Counted from the first letter of the stretch, positions 37,299 through 47,705 are shown. The stretch is 64,000 nucleotides of DNA from an uncultured bacterium (GCA_963746775.1 CAVVCK010000001.1:83050-147049); one strand, 5' to 3'. The notes: a model not told the origin generated them from the letters alone. A program made the numbers and translations.

Positions 37299-38253
37299 CG
37301 TCTTGTTGTATATTATTTTCTATCAAAGAATCTGTCTGGACTTCTTTTTGCTCTGCATCTTCCCTGCTTTCATCACTGGCCATTCTGCGCCGATAGTAAA
37401 CCCAGCTCTCTACTCTTAAGTCAACATAATCTAACTCTTCTTCTGATAAATTCTGGCTAATTTCATTTTCAAAAACTAATTGTAAATTTGTTATCTGCTG
37501 ATCAATCTGCCTGTCAAGCGTAAAAAATATTTTCCAGTCATTTTCTGTTGTCACATCTACTTCGTCTGCCAAAGGACTAGGCAAAGCTACCTCTTTTATG
37601 TTAATTTTTATGGCTGGTAATTTTTCATATAGAGCTTTGATAAAATTAATATGTTTGGCATAAACTACATTTTCCTTCAATTTGACTTCCTTATTAAATG
37701 AATCATTTATAGTAAAAATGCCATTTTCAGTAAATTTTTCTACATTATCAACTTTTCCACGAACCAAACCATTTTCATCTAGATAATAATATTCATTATT
37801 GCTTTTCCATAAGGCAGCTGGCTTAGCTTCATTTACTTTTATTTTTAAAATATCAGGAAATTTTCGCACAACTTCAACAGAATCAATTTCCGATATTTGT
37901 TCCACAAGAGATTTTTCTATGGATTGTTTATCAAAAACAAATATATTTTTACCAGGTAAAATAAAATATCTTCTTTTGTTTAAAATAGGCCAAGCAATTT
38001 CTTTAACTTTCTCTTCATTTATAATTTGATGATTAACTACCACTATGCTTTTTATTTGAAAATAAGAATAATATGTTAAAAAATAAAATAAAATCAGAAA
38101 AATAGCTGCTATAATTATGCGTAATATCTTTATATTAAGAGATCCAGAAGGATATTTTTTCTTTTTTGGGACCTGACTAAAAGTACTTCTTATAAGCTTT
38201 CTTCTTTGAGCTCTAATTGATTTAAGTTTTAATTTTTTTCTAAAAGAAACCAT
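37291..38253 (-). CDS. ftsQ: Cell division protein FtsQ/DivIB
   Basis: Single TM helix, POTRA region (V.RKFPD.L.I.V.E), C-terminal YVDLR; follows ddl. Confidence 0.8.
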   Translation of the reverse strand: MVSFRKKLKLKSIRAQRRKLIRSTFSQVPKKKKYPSGSLNIKILRIIIAAIFLILFYFLTYYSYFQIKSIVVVNHQIINEEKVKEIAWPILNKRRYFILPGKNIFVFDKQSIEKSLVEQISEIDSVEVVRKFPDILKIKVNEAKPAALWKSNNEYYYLDENGLVRGKVDNVEKFTENGIFTINDSFNKEVKLKENVVYAKHINFIKALYEKLPAIKINIKEVALPSPLADEVDVTTENDWKIFFTLDRQIDQQITNLQLVFENEISQNLSEEELDYVDLRVESWVYYRRRMASDESREDAEQKEVQTDSLIENNIQQDDE

Positions 38254-38256
38254 TTT

Positions 38257-39237
38257 TTATTTTTTATTTCGGCTTTGGGCTAAATTTATAATTTCATCAA
38301 TTAATTTTTTATAACTAATTCCTGCTGCTTTTGCTTCTTTAGGAAAAATACTGGTTTCAGTAAAACCTGGTATTGTATTTATTTCATTAAAGTAGATCTG
38401 ACCACCTGCCACAAAAAAATCAACTCTGGCCATCCCTTCACATAGAACTAATTTATAAATTTTCTTGGCTAAATCTTTAATCTTGTTTGTTAAAACCTTA
38501 GGTAAATTAGCTGGCATTTGGTGATTAGACATTCCTGCTGTATATTTTGCTTCGTAATCATAAAATTCATTAGCAGGTAAAACTTCATCTAGAGGCAAAG
38601 CTTTTAATTCATAATTGCCTAATACCCCACAATGAATTTCCCGACCTTTAATATATTTTTCAACTAAAATCAAATTTGAATATTTTAAAGCAATCTCAAA
38701 ACCTTTAATAAAGTCTTGGTTATTCTTAGGTATACTTATACCAACACTAGATCCTAAATCATGTGGCTTTATTACACATGGAAAATTTAATTTATCTTTT
38801 ACTTTTTTAACAATTTCCGGCTTATTTACCTTCCATTCTTCTTTAGAAAAACTTAAATAATCAGGTATTAAAATCCCATTAGCCTGCATAATTTCTTTTG
38901 TCTTGAGCTTATCCATAGATAGCGCTGATGATAAGACCCCTGCACCAGTATAAGTAATATCAAGCATCTCAAATAAACCCTGAATAGTACCATCTTCGCT
39001 ATAAGGACCATGCATCATAATAAAAGCGACATCAACATTTTTGATTCTCTTTAAAGTATCAATGGTATTATTTGTCTTATCAGTTTTCCATACCCCAGTT
39101 CTTGTAATTTTGACAGGTGTAATTATGTATTTGCTTTTGTCTATATTGTCTAAAACAGCTTGTCCTGATGATAAGGATACTTCATGTTCTGCACTTTTCC
39201 CTCCCATTATAATAGCAATTTTTTTCTTTTTTCTCAT
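38257..39237 (-). CDS. ddl: D-alanine--D-alanine ligase
   Basis: GGKSAEHEVSL.SG, HGPYSEDGTIQG, GSSVG, FYDYEAKY, NEINTIPGFT. Confidence 0.96.
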   Translation of the reverse strand: MRKKKKIAIIMGGKSAEHEVSLSSGQAVLDNIDKSKYIITPVKITRTGVWKTDKTNNTIDTLKRIKNVDVAFIMMHGPYSEDGTIQGLFEMLDITYTGAGVLSSALSMDKLKTKEIMQANGILIPDYLSFSKEEWKVNKPEIVKKVKDKLNFPCVIKPHDLGSSVGISIPKNNQDFIKGFEIALKYSNLILVEKYIKGREIHCGVLGNYELKALPLDEVLPANEFYDYEAKYTAGMSNHQMPANLPKVLTNKIKDLAKKIYKLVLCEGMARVDFFVAGGQIYFNEINTIPGFTETSIFPKEAKAAGISYKKLIDEIINLAQSRNKK

Positions 39238-39250
39238 TTTTTAGAAATTA

Positions 39251-39283
39251 TCCGCCTCTTTCGGCAGATCTGCCTTGGGCGGA
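39251..39283. repeat. GC-rich 33-bp palindromic mini-element, copy 1
   Basis: tccgcc...ggcgga terminal inverted repeat, internal palindrome ggcagatctgcc, flanked by gaaatta on both sides; near copy at 52064-52095. Confidence 0.7.
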
Positions 39284-39309
39284 GAAATTATTAATTAGAT
39301 ATTAATTTT

Positions 39310-40371
39310 CTATCCTCTTCCAATTAAACCTATTACTAATCCAACGGCTGCTGATATAAAAGTAATGATCCAAAATCTCATAGTTACTTTTGTTTCTGGC
39401 CATCCCCTAGCTTCAAAATGATGATGAATAGGCGTACTTAAAAATATTTTTTTGCCAAAAACTTTTTTTGAAATTATTTGTATAATAACTGAACCAGATT
39501 CTAATACTAGTGGAAAAGATATAATTGGCAGCACTAAAACAGAATTAGTTAACATAGCTACAACTCCTAAAGTCGTACCTAGAGACATTGCTCCTGTATC
39601 ACCCATAAAGAATCTGGCAGGATATATATTAAACCATAAAAATGCGAGCAGAGATCCAGCTATCACTCCGCAAAAAGAAGCTAATTCTATTTTACCTTGT
39701 ACAAAAGCAATTACTGCAAAAGCACCAAAACAAATTAAAACAATACCCCCCGCCAAACCATCTAAGCCGTCTGCCTCATTCATAGAAAAAGAAGTAGCTA
39801 CAATCACTAAAATAAATAAAGGTATATACCAGAAAGAAATACTAAAATCACCCATCGCTGGAACATGTATTACATCCCAACCTAATTTGTAATAAAACCA
39901 CAAAGCTCCTAATAGTGCTATTAATATATATAGAATTAGCTTTGGTACCATTCTTAGACCCCCACCAGAAGGACCAATTTTAAAAACATTCATTAAATCA
40001 TCAATTAAACCAACTATGGCTGTCGCTATGAGAGCAGCCAACGGCAACCAAGTTTCACCTCTAGTCAAAAAATTAAAATAATCAAAAAGCCAAAAATTAG
40101 AAAATTTATGTAATGTGAATATAAGCACAGCTAGAATTAAGGTAGTAACCCAAACTAGAACACCACCCATTGTCGGCGTTCCTTCCTTACCCTTATGCAT
40201 CTTTGTGTAAACTGGCGCACCTTCGGATCTAATACTTTTACCCAATTTATATTTATACATAAAATGAGTCAAAAGAGGCGTCCATAAAATAGCAAATATG
40301 AAAGCTAGGGCTGATAAAAATAATACTTTAACTACATTTTGTACCAAAACAATATCCTGAATTTCGTTCAT
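39310..40371 (-). CDS. mraY: Phospho-N-acetylmuramoyl-pentapeptide transferase
   Basis: GTPTMGG, GLIDD, N..DGLDGLA, FMGDTG, PIHHHFE..GW.E. Confidence 0.96.
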   Translation of the reverse strand: MNEIQDIVLVQNVVKVLFLSALAFIFAILWTPLLTHFMYKYKLGKSIRSEGAPVYTKMHKGKEGTPTMGGVLVWVTTLILAVLIFTLHKFSNFWLFDYFNFLTRGETWLPLAALIATAIVGLIDDLMNVFKIGPSGGGLRMVPKLILYILIALLGALWFYYKLGWDVIHVPAMGDFSISFWYIPLFILVIVATSFSMNEADGLDGLAGGIVLICFGAFAVIAFVQGKIELASFCGVIAGSLLAFLWFNIYPARFFMGDTGAMSLGTTLGVVAMLTNSVLVLPIISFPLVLESGSVIIQIISKKVFGKKIFLSTPIHHHFEARGWPETKVTMRFWIITFISAAVGLVIGLIGRG

Positions 40372-40496
40372 TTTTTTATATTAATAAGAATAAGAAATTT
40401 AGTAATTCACATTATTAACTTTAATAAAATATAACAAAAAAAAGGCCTTTTGTCTAGTAAGCCTTTTTTATAAAATTATTGGTATTTTTACCTAAA

Positions 40497-42137
40497 TTAA
40501 ATAGTACTGCCTCCAAAAACATTCAAAGCTTGTTTAGCTAAATCAGGAGTCGCTAATTTTGTTTTTTCTGACTTATTATTATCAATCTTAGTTCTTAAAT
40601 CATCACTTAAATCTTTATATAAGATCAGATCAAATAAAACCTTAGCTTTAAATAATTTTTGAGCCTCATCTTCCATAATCTGTTTATTCTTAAAATCTCT
40701 TAATTTCTCTTTATGAAAACTATATTTACAAACTAAAACAATCTTACCTTCCTGAATATCTAGCGGATCACATACTTTTAAAAATGACCCTAGGGTATAA
40801 TTCTTTTTACTAACCCCTTCGATAAAAATTGACCAGTCATTTCTAATATTAGAGATCATCTTAGGATCTAATAATTTAACATTATTTGTTTCTTTCTTAG
40901 ATTTATTTTCTTTCTGGCTATATTTTACAGTTTTTTTGTTTTTAAAATCTTCTGTTTTATTATTATTAGAAATTGAATTATTTTTTTTAATGTTGTGAAT
41001 ATTATTCTCAACAGGTTGATAGTTTGATTCTTGATTATTTGCTCCTATAGATTCAATAGTTGCTATTTCAAGAGGTAACTGGGGAATAATATTATCATCA
41101 ATTTCTTTTTTAGTTCTTATAAAATTGCCAATATAAGTAACTAATTCTCTAGGCGTTAATTTTTCCGATTGTTTTTCTAACTTATCTAGCTGTTCTTTGG
41201 TTAAATCAATTCCCTCGGTGGAGATTAAACTTTTATCTACTTTAGCTAATAATAACTTTCTAAAATATTCCAATAAATTTTTAAAGAACTGTTTTAAATC
41301 ATAACCTGAATCCGAAATATCACTTATCAACTTAATGGCATTTTTAACATCTTTTGTAATTAAATAATCAATAAAATCCAATACTTGTGATAAATCAGGA
41401 ATTCCTAATATTGATTTTGTTTCCTCAAAGGTAATTTTACTATCCTCTAGTGAAACCAATTGATTTAGAAGACTAAGAGCATCACGACTAGAACCAGAAG
41501 CATTAGAAGCTAAAAGATTTAGTGATCTTTCATCGATTTTTACTTTTTCCTTATTAGCAATATCGACTAATTGATTTACTATTTCTTTTTGCGTTAATTT
41601 TTTAAAATCAAACCGTTGACAACGAGATAAAATAGTGGCCGGAATCTTATGCACTTCTGTTGTAGCCAGTATAAAAATTGCATGAGCAGGTGGTTCTTCT
41701 AGGGTCTTTAATAAGGCATTAAAAGCTTCAATGGTCAGCATATGCACTTCATCAATGATGAAAACTTTGTATTTTAAATGATTAGGAGTAAATTTAATTT
41801 TTTCTTTTAATTCTCTAATTTCATCGATACCTCTATTAGAAGCAGCATCAATTTCTATAATATCAATTGCCTTGTTCTCATTTATTTCTTGGCAAAATTC
41901 ACATTTATCACAAGCTTCCACTCCTTTGTTTAGCTTCAACTTCTCACAATTAATGGCCTTAGCTAGCAGCCTCGCAATAGTAGTTTTGCCCACTCCCCTT
42001 GGTCCACAAAACAAATAAGCATGCGCCACTTTTTCTGATTTTAAAGCATTTTGTAGAGTTTTAACAACATGCTCTTGCCCAATGATATCAGTAAAACTTT
42101 GAGGTCTATATTTTCTATATAAAGCTAAATAAGACAT
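40497..42137 (-). CDS. dnaX: DNA polymerase III subunit gamma/tau
   Basis: LYRKYRP..F, GPRGVGKTT, EIDAASN, IIDEVHML, NALLKTLEEPP, SRCQ. Confidence 0.97.
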   Translation of the reverse strand: MSYLALYRKYRPQSFTDIIGQEHVVKTLQNALKSEKVAHAYLFCGPRGVGKTTIARLLAKAINCEKLKLNKGVEACDKCEFCQEINENKAIDIIEIDAASNRGIDEIRELKEKIKFTPNHLKYKVFIIDEVHMLTIEAFNALLKTLEEPPAHAIFILATTEVHKIPATILSRCQRFDFKKLTQKEIVNQLVDIANKEKVKIDERSLNLLASNASGSSRDALSLLNQLVSLEDSKITFEETKSILGIPDLSQVLDFIDYLITKDVKNAIKLISDISDSGYDLKQFFKNLLEYFRKLLLAKVDKSLISTEGIDLTKEQLDKLEKQSEKLTPRELVTYIGNFIRTKKEIDDNIIPQLPLEIATIESIGANNQESNYQPVENNIHNIKKNNSISNNNKTEDFKNKKTVKYSQKENKSKKETNNVKLLDPKMISNIRNDWSIFIEGVSKKNYTLGSFLKVCDPLDIQEGKIVLVCKYSFHKEKLRDFKNKQIMEDEAQKLFKAKVLFDLILYKDLSDDLRTKIDNNKSEKTKLATPDLAKQALNVFGGSTI

Positions 42138-42210
42138 TGTTTAATAAATTAATATTACGTTAAATAATTATATTACATATTAAGTTTTTTGGAAGAGAAA
42201 AAAACAAATA

Positions 42211-42246
42211 AAAATAGCGCTTAAATATTTTTAGCGCTACTTTTTT
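42211..42246 (-). terminator. Putative intrinsic terminator after the GtrA gene
   Basis: tagcgct...agcgcta stem flanked by A/T runs. Confidence 0.4.
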
Positions 42247-42287
42247 AATTATTATCTATTCCTCAATAAATTTACTGATAAAGCAAA

Positions 42288-42327
42288 TTATCTTGTTATC
42301 TTGTTATCTTGTTATCTTGTTATCTTG
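42288..42327. repeat. Perfect tandem repeat (TTATCTTG)x5
   Basis: Five exact 8-bp units spanning the GtrA stop codon. Confidence 0.9.
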
Positions 42328-42771
42328 TTTCTGTATTTTCAAAGCCCAAAACTTATACCCAAGAAAATTCCAAAATAAAGCTATACCTGTTGCCAATAAT
42401 TTCCCAATATTAGCCCAAAGACCTTCTGATAAACCAAATTGGGGATCTATGAAAGTTGTAAAAATAAATAAAATTGAGCTATTTATAATAGCACCGATAA
42501 TACTAACTGTTATAAACTTAGCAAATTCCTGGGGTATTTTATCTTTTTTCTTTACTTTAAAAGTCCAATATTTATTCCATAAATAGCTATTAGTAACAGC
42601 TATACTAAAACTAATTATGTTTAAAAATATGATTAAGCGGCCGCTATAAATCTTTGTAAACCACATTAGACTATTTAAAACCAAAAAATCAAGCCCGGTA
42701 TTCATTACACCTGTAACTCCAAATTTTAAGATCTGCAAAATAATGGGATACTTTTCAAAAAACTTTTTCAT
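42304..42771 (-). CDS. GtrA-family membrane protein
   Basis: KFG.TG..NT..DF, NSY.WNKYWTF, WNF.GYKFW. Confidence 0.88.
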   Translation of the reverse strand: MKKFFEKYPIILQILKFGVTGVMNTGLDFLVLNSLMWFTKIYSGRLIIFLNIISFSIAVTNSYLWNKYWTFKVKKKDKIPQEFAKFITVSIIGAIINSSILFIFTTFIDPQFGLSEGLWANIGKLLATGIALFWNFLGYKFWALKIQKQDNKITR

Positions 42772-42797
42772 TTGTTTTTGTTTTTTATTAATAAAAA

Positions 42798-43352
42798 CTA
42801 TACAGCTTTCTTTATAACATTTTCGATAGCAGCCCAGGCACTTTCTTTTTCCTTAGGTACTACAATAGTTACAGTATCACCATCTTCTAATTTAAAATAG
42901 GTGGCACTAGCAAGTAATATTTTATATGTTTTATCTTCTGATTCTATGACATATTCATCTTGACTGATCTGTTTTACTTGGCCAATCATTTTATTTCTCT
43001 CAATAGGCCCTATTTGTTTAAATATAAAAGTACCATCTTCAGAAATAGTTAATTTTAATACATCTCCTTCTATTAACTTTGACTTACTAGCATAATTAGC
43101 CGGTACTGGATACATCTTTTCATCAGGATCAATCATGTTTTGTCCGTCAAATACACCCTCTATAATTTTCTCTTCTTCAATTATTTCTTGTTTTCTGGCT
43201 TGTCTTTTTAAATCCTCCTGATTTACATTCAAATCTAAATCAAAATCTACGTCTTCACCCGAAAGAATCTTGAGAGCTTCTTTAATATTAAACTCTGCAT
43301 TTTGAAGCTTTTTCTTAATTTGTGCAATGTCAATGTTTTGTTTTTTTGTCAT
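42798..43352 (-). CDS. CPR-conserved hypothetical protein
   Basis: IIEGVFDGQNM...YPVPANYASKSKL.EGD.LKLTI..DG.F.FKQIGP, recalled from Patescibacteria proteins; function unknown. Confidence 0.7.
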   Translation of the reverse strand: MTKKQNIDIAQIKKKLQNAEFNIKEALKILSGEDVDFDLDLNVNQEDLKRQARKQEIIEEEKIIEGVFDGQNMIDPDEKMYPVPANYASKSKLIEGDVLKLTISEDGTFIFKQIGPIERNKMIGQVKQISQDEYVIESEDKTYKILLASATYFKLEDGDTVTIVVPKEKESAWAAIENVIKKAV

Positions 43353-43580
43353 TTTTTATTTTTTTTATTTCTTTATATATTATTATTACGTACAAAAATT
43401 TTAAAAAATATGATTTTTAATTATAGGCATCTAAAGCCTATTTTTTGTATGTAATTTATATGTTGCGCAATATTTTTACTCATTAATAAGTATGCGCAAA
43501 TATTTATATTTTTAAGTTAATTTATAATAAGTCTAAGTAGAATACATTAATTAAAAAATTAGTCAAGACTAACTTATAAA

Positions 43581-46073
43581 TTACATAGTTCGCTCAATTT
43601 CATTCACTTTTACGTTCTGAGTACCTAATTGAGCTCGCTCCATTATCTCAGCATTAACTATTTTCTTGTCACGTCCAAATTTTAGACGAGATAACTGTTT
43701 AATGGCTTCGGCAATCTCTTTACTACCACCCTCATAAGGCGGATAAGTTCCCATAGTAAAAGGAGTGGATTTTTGTGATTTAGTCATAAGCCTCAAATAG
43801 GCATGAAATCTTTCTATATTAATCACATCTGTCTCTGAAAAGATAGGATCAAACTCCTTAGCAATCACTTCAGCATCTTCTACACCAATTCTGAAAGTAA
43901 TGAAACTACCCACGTTACCAAAAACAGCATCTCTAATCTCTTCTTCTAGCTGCGTTATATATTGATGAGCTACAATTAAATTTAACCTATATTTTCTGGC
44001 CTCAGCCAAGATAGAAGCAAAACTATCAGTGGCAAAATTCTGAAACTCATCAACGTACAAATAAAAATCTTTTCGATCAGCTTCTGGCATATCTGCTCTA
44101 CCCATAGCCGCCATTTGAATCTTAGAAACAATAATTAAACCTAATAATTCACTGTTAACTTCTCCCGTCCTACCTTTGGATAAGTTAACTAATAAAACTT
44201 TTTCATTATCCATGATATCTCTTAGATCAAAAGCAGAGTGATTCTGACCCATGATATTCCTCATCATTTCGTTCTCTACAAATTTACCTACTTTAGAGAT
44301 TAAATAACCTAACATTTCGGATTTATGAAAATCAGAAGTCTTAGCCATTTCTTTCTCCCAAAAAGCGCGAACTACAGGATCATCCAGTTTTTTAACCCAA
44401 CTATCTGCAAATTCTTGATCTGAAAACATACGCGGTATTTCCACTATCGTCCCAGGCTCCTCCTTATCAGACATTAAAGTTAACATTACATTTCTCATAT
44501 TATGTTCAAACATAGGACCTATCATTTCTGGAGGAAATAATTTGTAAAAAATATTAATCATTTCCTGTACAGCAAAATCTTTTTGCTCAGGACTTTTAAA
44601 TTCTAACATATTTAATCCCATTGGCCGCTCAGTATCAAAAGGCTCAAACAAAACAATATCGTCTGCCCGTTCTTTTGGAATATGTGGCAAGACACCATCT
44701 ACCAAATCTCCATGAGGATCAATTACACAACAGCCTTTGCCGTCTTTAATATCCTGAATAATCATATTCTGTAAAAAAACAGATTTACCAGTACCAGTCT
44801 GCCCGATTATATACATATGACGCCTTCGATCATCATTAGAAATTCTAACTTCTTTTTCATCTCCTCGATAATTAGTTTTACCTAATAACAATCCTTCTTT
44901 GGGTAAATTGGGCGGAGGCGGAGCATCCTTAGCCAATAGCCAATCTATGTTTGGCGTTTCCGTAAATTTAGTGGGCAAATGAAAAATGCTAGTTAATTCT
45001 TCTGTATTTAATATGTTTTTCATGGAAGGTAATAATCCTCCCTTAAAATATCTAAAAATAAAACCAGCAATAAATTTATGCATTTTTCTCTTACTTTGTA
45101 TTTTTATTATAAAATTATTTAAACTGGGAATAGTATATTGCGTAAAAGCACCTTTTAAATTTTCCAAATTCATTTCCGCCCGCTCGGCTGTTTTGGCTGA
45201 GGTAATTATTCTAATACATGTTTCAAAGCCTAGTTTATTAGATTTTTCTTCTAAAATTTTAGCAAATTCTTCCTGCATTTGAGATATCCTATCAGGAGTA
45301 TCTTGGCTTCTTGGCTCTTGCGGTTTGGAAAAAAATGTGAGAGGATCAGGAGTTTTACTATTAGCAAACATTTTTACGAAAAATGGAGAAGTAGCTTCAT
45401 TCAAAGTTTTTCCTTTCTGTATCATTTCTTTAGCAATTTTTCTGCCCTTCAACATCCATTTTTTAGAAGCCGGCCGAATAATTATCTGGATAGCTGCTCC
45501 TTCATCCTCTGATAATTTAGATAATGAGTTAGTAATAGCATCCATAGGATCAGCTTCCATCTTTTGATAAGTTTTTATAGGAAAATAATTTTTTTTAGCC
45601 ATTTTCACATATGCCCCTTTAACAAAATAACCAGGCTTAAACATATTATAGTCACCTGACTCTTTTATTAATGCTTTTGGGTACTGGGAATGAATAATTT
45701 TCTCTATGTAATTAGCATATTTTCTAGGTACAGATACATAAAAATAAATAGAACCGTCTCTAGAAACAGTCTCAATAGAAATAAAATCGGGACCATACAA
45801 AAGAGAAGCCAATCCTCCTTTCTTAATGGCATATAAATTAGAGTACATTTGCTCAGCTACTGAAATTATATCTTTTTCTTCTTTTTTGGCTTCTTCAGTA
45901 ATTGGTTTAACCTCTCTGGGTACCGAAATAGATAAAGTTATCATGGATAGAGATCTTGGTACCATATTACGAATTCTCAAATATCTAAATAAAGCTGACA
46001 AAAATAAACTAGCGATAAAACTAATAATAATAATTTGCGAAATTATTTTAAATACTTCGTAATCTATTTCCAT
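43581..46073 (-). CDS. Membrane-anchored VirD4/TraG/HerA-like ATPase (type IV secretion coupling-like)
   Basis: N-terminal TM; RRHMYIIGQTGTGKS (Walker A), IDPHGD, LYVDEFQNF, EARKY.L.L..AHQ. Confidence 0.85.
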   Translation of the reverse strand: MEIDYEVFKIISQIIIISFIASLFLSALFRYLRIRNMVPRSLSMITLSISVPREVKPITEEAKKEEKDIISVAEQMYSNLYAIKKGGLASLLYGPDFISIETVSRDGSIYFYVSVPRKYANYIEKIIHSQYPKALIKESGDYNMFKPGYFVKGAYVKMAKKNYFPIKTYQKMEADPMDAITNSLSKLSEDEGAAIQIIIRPASKKWMLKGRKIAKEMIQKGKTLNEATSPFFVKMFANSKTPDPLTFFSKPQEPRSQDTPDRISQMQEEFAKILEEKSNKLGFETCIRIITSAKTAERAEMNLENLKGAFTQYTIPSLNNFIIKIQSKRKMHKFIAGFIFRYFKGGLLPSMKNILNTEELTSIFHLPTKFTETPNIDWLLAKDAPPPPNLPKEGLLLGKTNYRGDEKEVRISNDDRRRHMYIIGQTGTGKSVFLQNMIIQDIKDGKGCCVIDPHGDLVDGVLPHIPKERADDIVLFEPFDTERPMGLNMLEFKSPEQKDFAVQEMINIFYKLFPPEMIGPMFEHNMRNVMLTLMSDKEEPGTIVEIPRMFSDQEFADSWVKKLDDPVVRAFWEKEMAKTSDFHKSEMLGYLISKVGKFVENEMMRNIMGQNHSAFDLRDIMDNEKVLLVNLSKGRTGEVNSELLGLIIVSKIQMAAMGRADMPEADRKDFYLYVDEFQNFATDSFASILAEARKYRLNLIVAHQYITQLEEEIRDAVFGNVGSFITFRIGVEDAEVIAKEFDPIFSETDVINIERFHAYLRLMTKSQKSTPFTMGTYPPYEGGSKEIAEAIKQLSRLKFGRDKKIVNAEIMERAQLGTQNVKVNEIERTM

Positions 46074-46082
46074 TTTTAAATT

Positions 46083-46586
46083 TTAAATTTTCTTTTTCTT
46101 TTTTAATAAATCATACAAATTATCCACCAAAGTATCGTGGAATTCATCTAAAAGATAGGGGTCATTTAACTGATCGGCAATACTAGCAGCATAATTTACG
46201 CCTTTTTTAAAAGCCAAATAAACTAAGGTTTTCACTTTTTTAGGCTTATCCATAGACATAATTGCTTTTAAATCTGCATCTAAATCACTATTATCACTCT
46301 TTTTAATTTTAACTGGTTTAATAATTTTCTGTGACAATTTTACCTTATTAGGGCTCTCGGGATTTATCCTTATTTTTTCTTTCTCTTGATTAATTTCTTT
46401 TTCTTTTGTCTTTTTCTCTAAAACTTGATTTTTTTCTAGTGGCTCTTTTTTAAGTGATTCTAATTCTTTTTCTTTCCTGGCAAGTTCTTCTTTTAATATT
46501 CTTACTTCTTCTTCAGTTGTTAATTGATTCTTTGTTACTTCATTATTTAGACTAGCTTCTTCTTTTTTAAATATTGGCTGGGGCAT
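46083..46586 (-). CDS. Hypothetical protein (CPR-type conserved C-terminus)
   Basis: Charged N-terminus; L..LAF.KG...A......DPYLLDEFHD.L. Confidence 0.65.
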   Translation of the reverse strand: MPQPIFKKEEASLNNEVTKNQLTTEEEVRILKEELARKEKELESLKKEPLEKNQVLEKKTKEKEINQEKEKIRINPESPNKVKLSQKIIKPVKIKKSDNSDLDADLKAIMSMDKPKKVKTLVYLAFKKGVNYAASIADQLNDPYLLDEFHDTLVDNLYDLLKKKKKI

Positions 46587-46640
46587 TTATATTATGTTTT
46601 ATTGATTTTAATATTCCTTATAATTATATCATTTTTTAGT

Positions 46641-47705
46641 CTATAAATCAATTGTTGATTCTTCTAAATTCATTCTTTTTAAAATTCCTTTTGCCTCAAT
46701 GTCTGTAGCTTTCCTTGGTTGATTATAGTTTTCTATTTTTATAGGTATAAAATTAATTTGTTTTAAATTTTTATTGACAAATTTACAGCTAGCAATTACT
46801 CCCTCCTGAGTTTCTTGCGACCACATCTGATCAAATACTAAATTTCCTAAGCTATAAATTATAAATCCATTATTATATTTTTCAGTAGTTTGAACCACAT
46901 GAGGATGATGCCCTAAAACTAAATTTGCTCCAGCATCTATCGCTTCTCTGGCAAATTCTTTCTGCTCTACATTAGGGTAATTTTGATATTCAGCTCCAGC
47001 ATGCATAGAAACAATAATAACATCAGCTGTTTTTCTAGCTCTTTCAACATCCTTCTTCATTTCTAAAATATTCATAAAAGCAACATCTGGATCATTAGAA
47101 GTTACACTAGACTTAAAATTAGCTCCATCACTATAAGTATAAGCTAAAAATGCAAATTTTATTTCTTCTTTTTCAATAATCTTCTCTTGATGTGCTTCAT
47201 TAAAATTTCTACCAGCTCCCGCATATTCTATATTGTTTTTATTTAAAAGATCAAAAGAGTACAATAACCCATTACTGCCCCTATTTTTAGCATGATTATT
47301 AGCCATCGATACTATATCTATACCAGCCAAATTAAGTCCTTCTATAGTTTCTGGTTCTGATTTAAAAACCATGCCATCGGTTACATATTCTCCCTGGTTA
47401 TAAAAAGGAGATTCTAGATTAATAAAAGCAATGTCTGCTTCAGAAAATATATTAGATATTTTTCTAAAAGGCAGGGCCATATCTCCAGACTTTCTTATTT
47501 TAGTTCCCACATAACGTGACAACATTACATCCCCGCCAGCTGCTAGAGTTGTTTCTATGTCTTTTTTTTCTTCAACTATCTGTTCGTTTTTCTGAACCTC
47601 TTCAACAGATTGAACTTTGTTATGGGAACTAAATTTTAAAAAACCATAAATACTAACAGCCAAAAATATTATGCCAATTAAAATAAATTTAAAAATTTTT
47701 CTCAT
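46641..47705 (-). CDS. CapA-family metallophosphatase (PGA_cap)
   Basis: GDVML.R, NLESP, ANNH, SMHAG.EY, GHHPHV.Q, YSLGNLVFDQ. Confidence 0.9.
   Translation of the reverse strand: MRKIFKFILIGIIFLAVSIYGFLKFSSHNKVQSVEEVQKNEQIVEEKKDIETTLAAGGDVMLSRYVGTKIRKSGDMALPFRKISNIFSEADIAFINLESPFYNQGEYVTDGMVFKSEPETIEGLNLAGIDIVSMANNHAKNRGSNGLLYSFDLLNKNNIEYAGAGRNFNEAHQEKIIEKEEIKFAFLAYTYSDGANFKSSVTSNDPDVAFMNILEMKKDVERARKTADVIIVSMHAGAEYQNYPNVEQKEFAREAIDAGANLVLGHHPHVVQTTEKYNNGFIIYSLGNLVFDQMWSQETQEGVIASCKFVNKNLKQINFIPIKIENYNQPRKATDIEAKGILKRMNLEESTIDL

Noticed and set aside
40497-42137. Programmed -1 frameshift in dnaX
   Set aside because: A-runs are present, but I found no in-frame A AAA AAG with a downstream hairpin; A-runs are common in this AT-rich DNA.
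42288-42327. CRISPR array
   Set aside because: 8-bp tandem units without spacers; no cas genes. No repeat-spacer array was seen anywhere in the window.
42798-43352. Ribosomal protein L7/L12 label sometimes attached to this family
   Set aside because: No L7/L12 motifs in the sequence.
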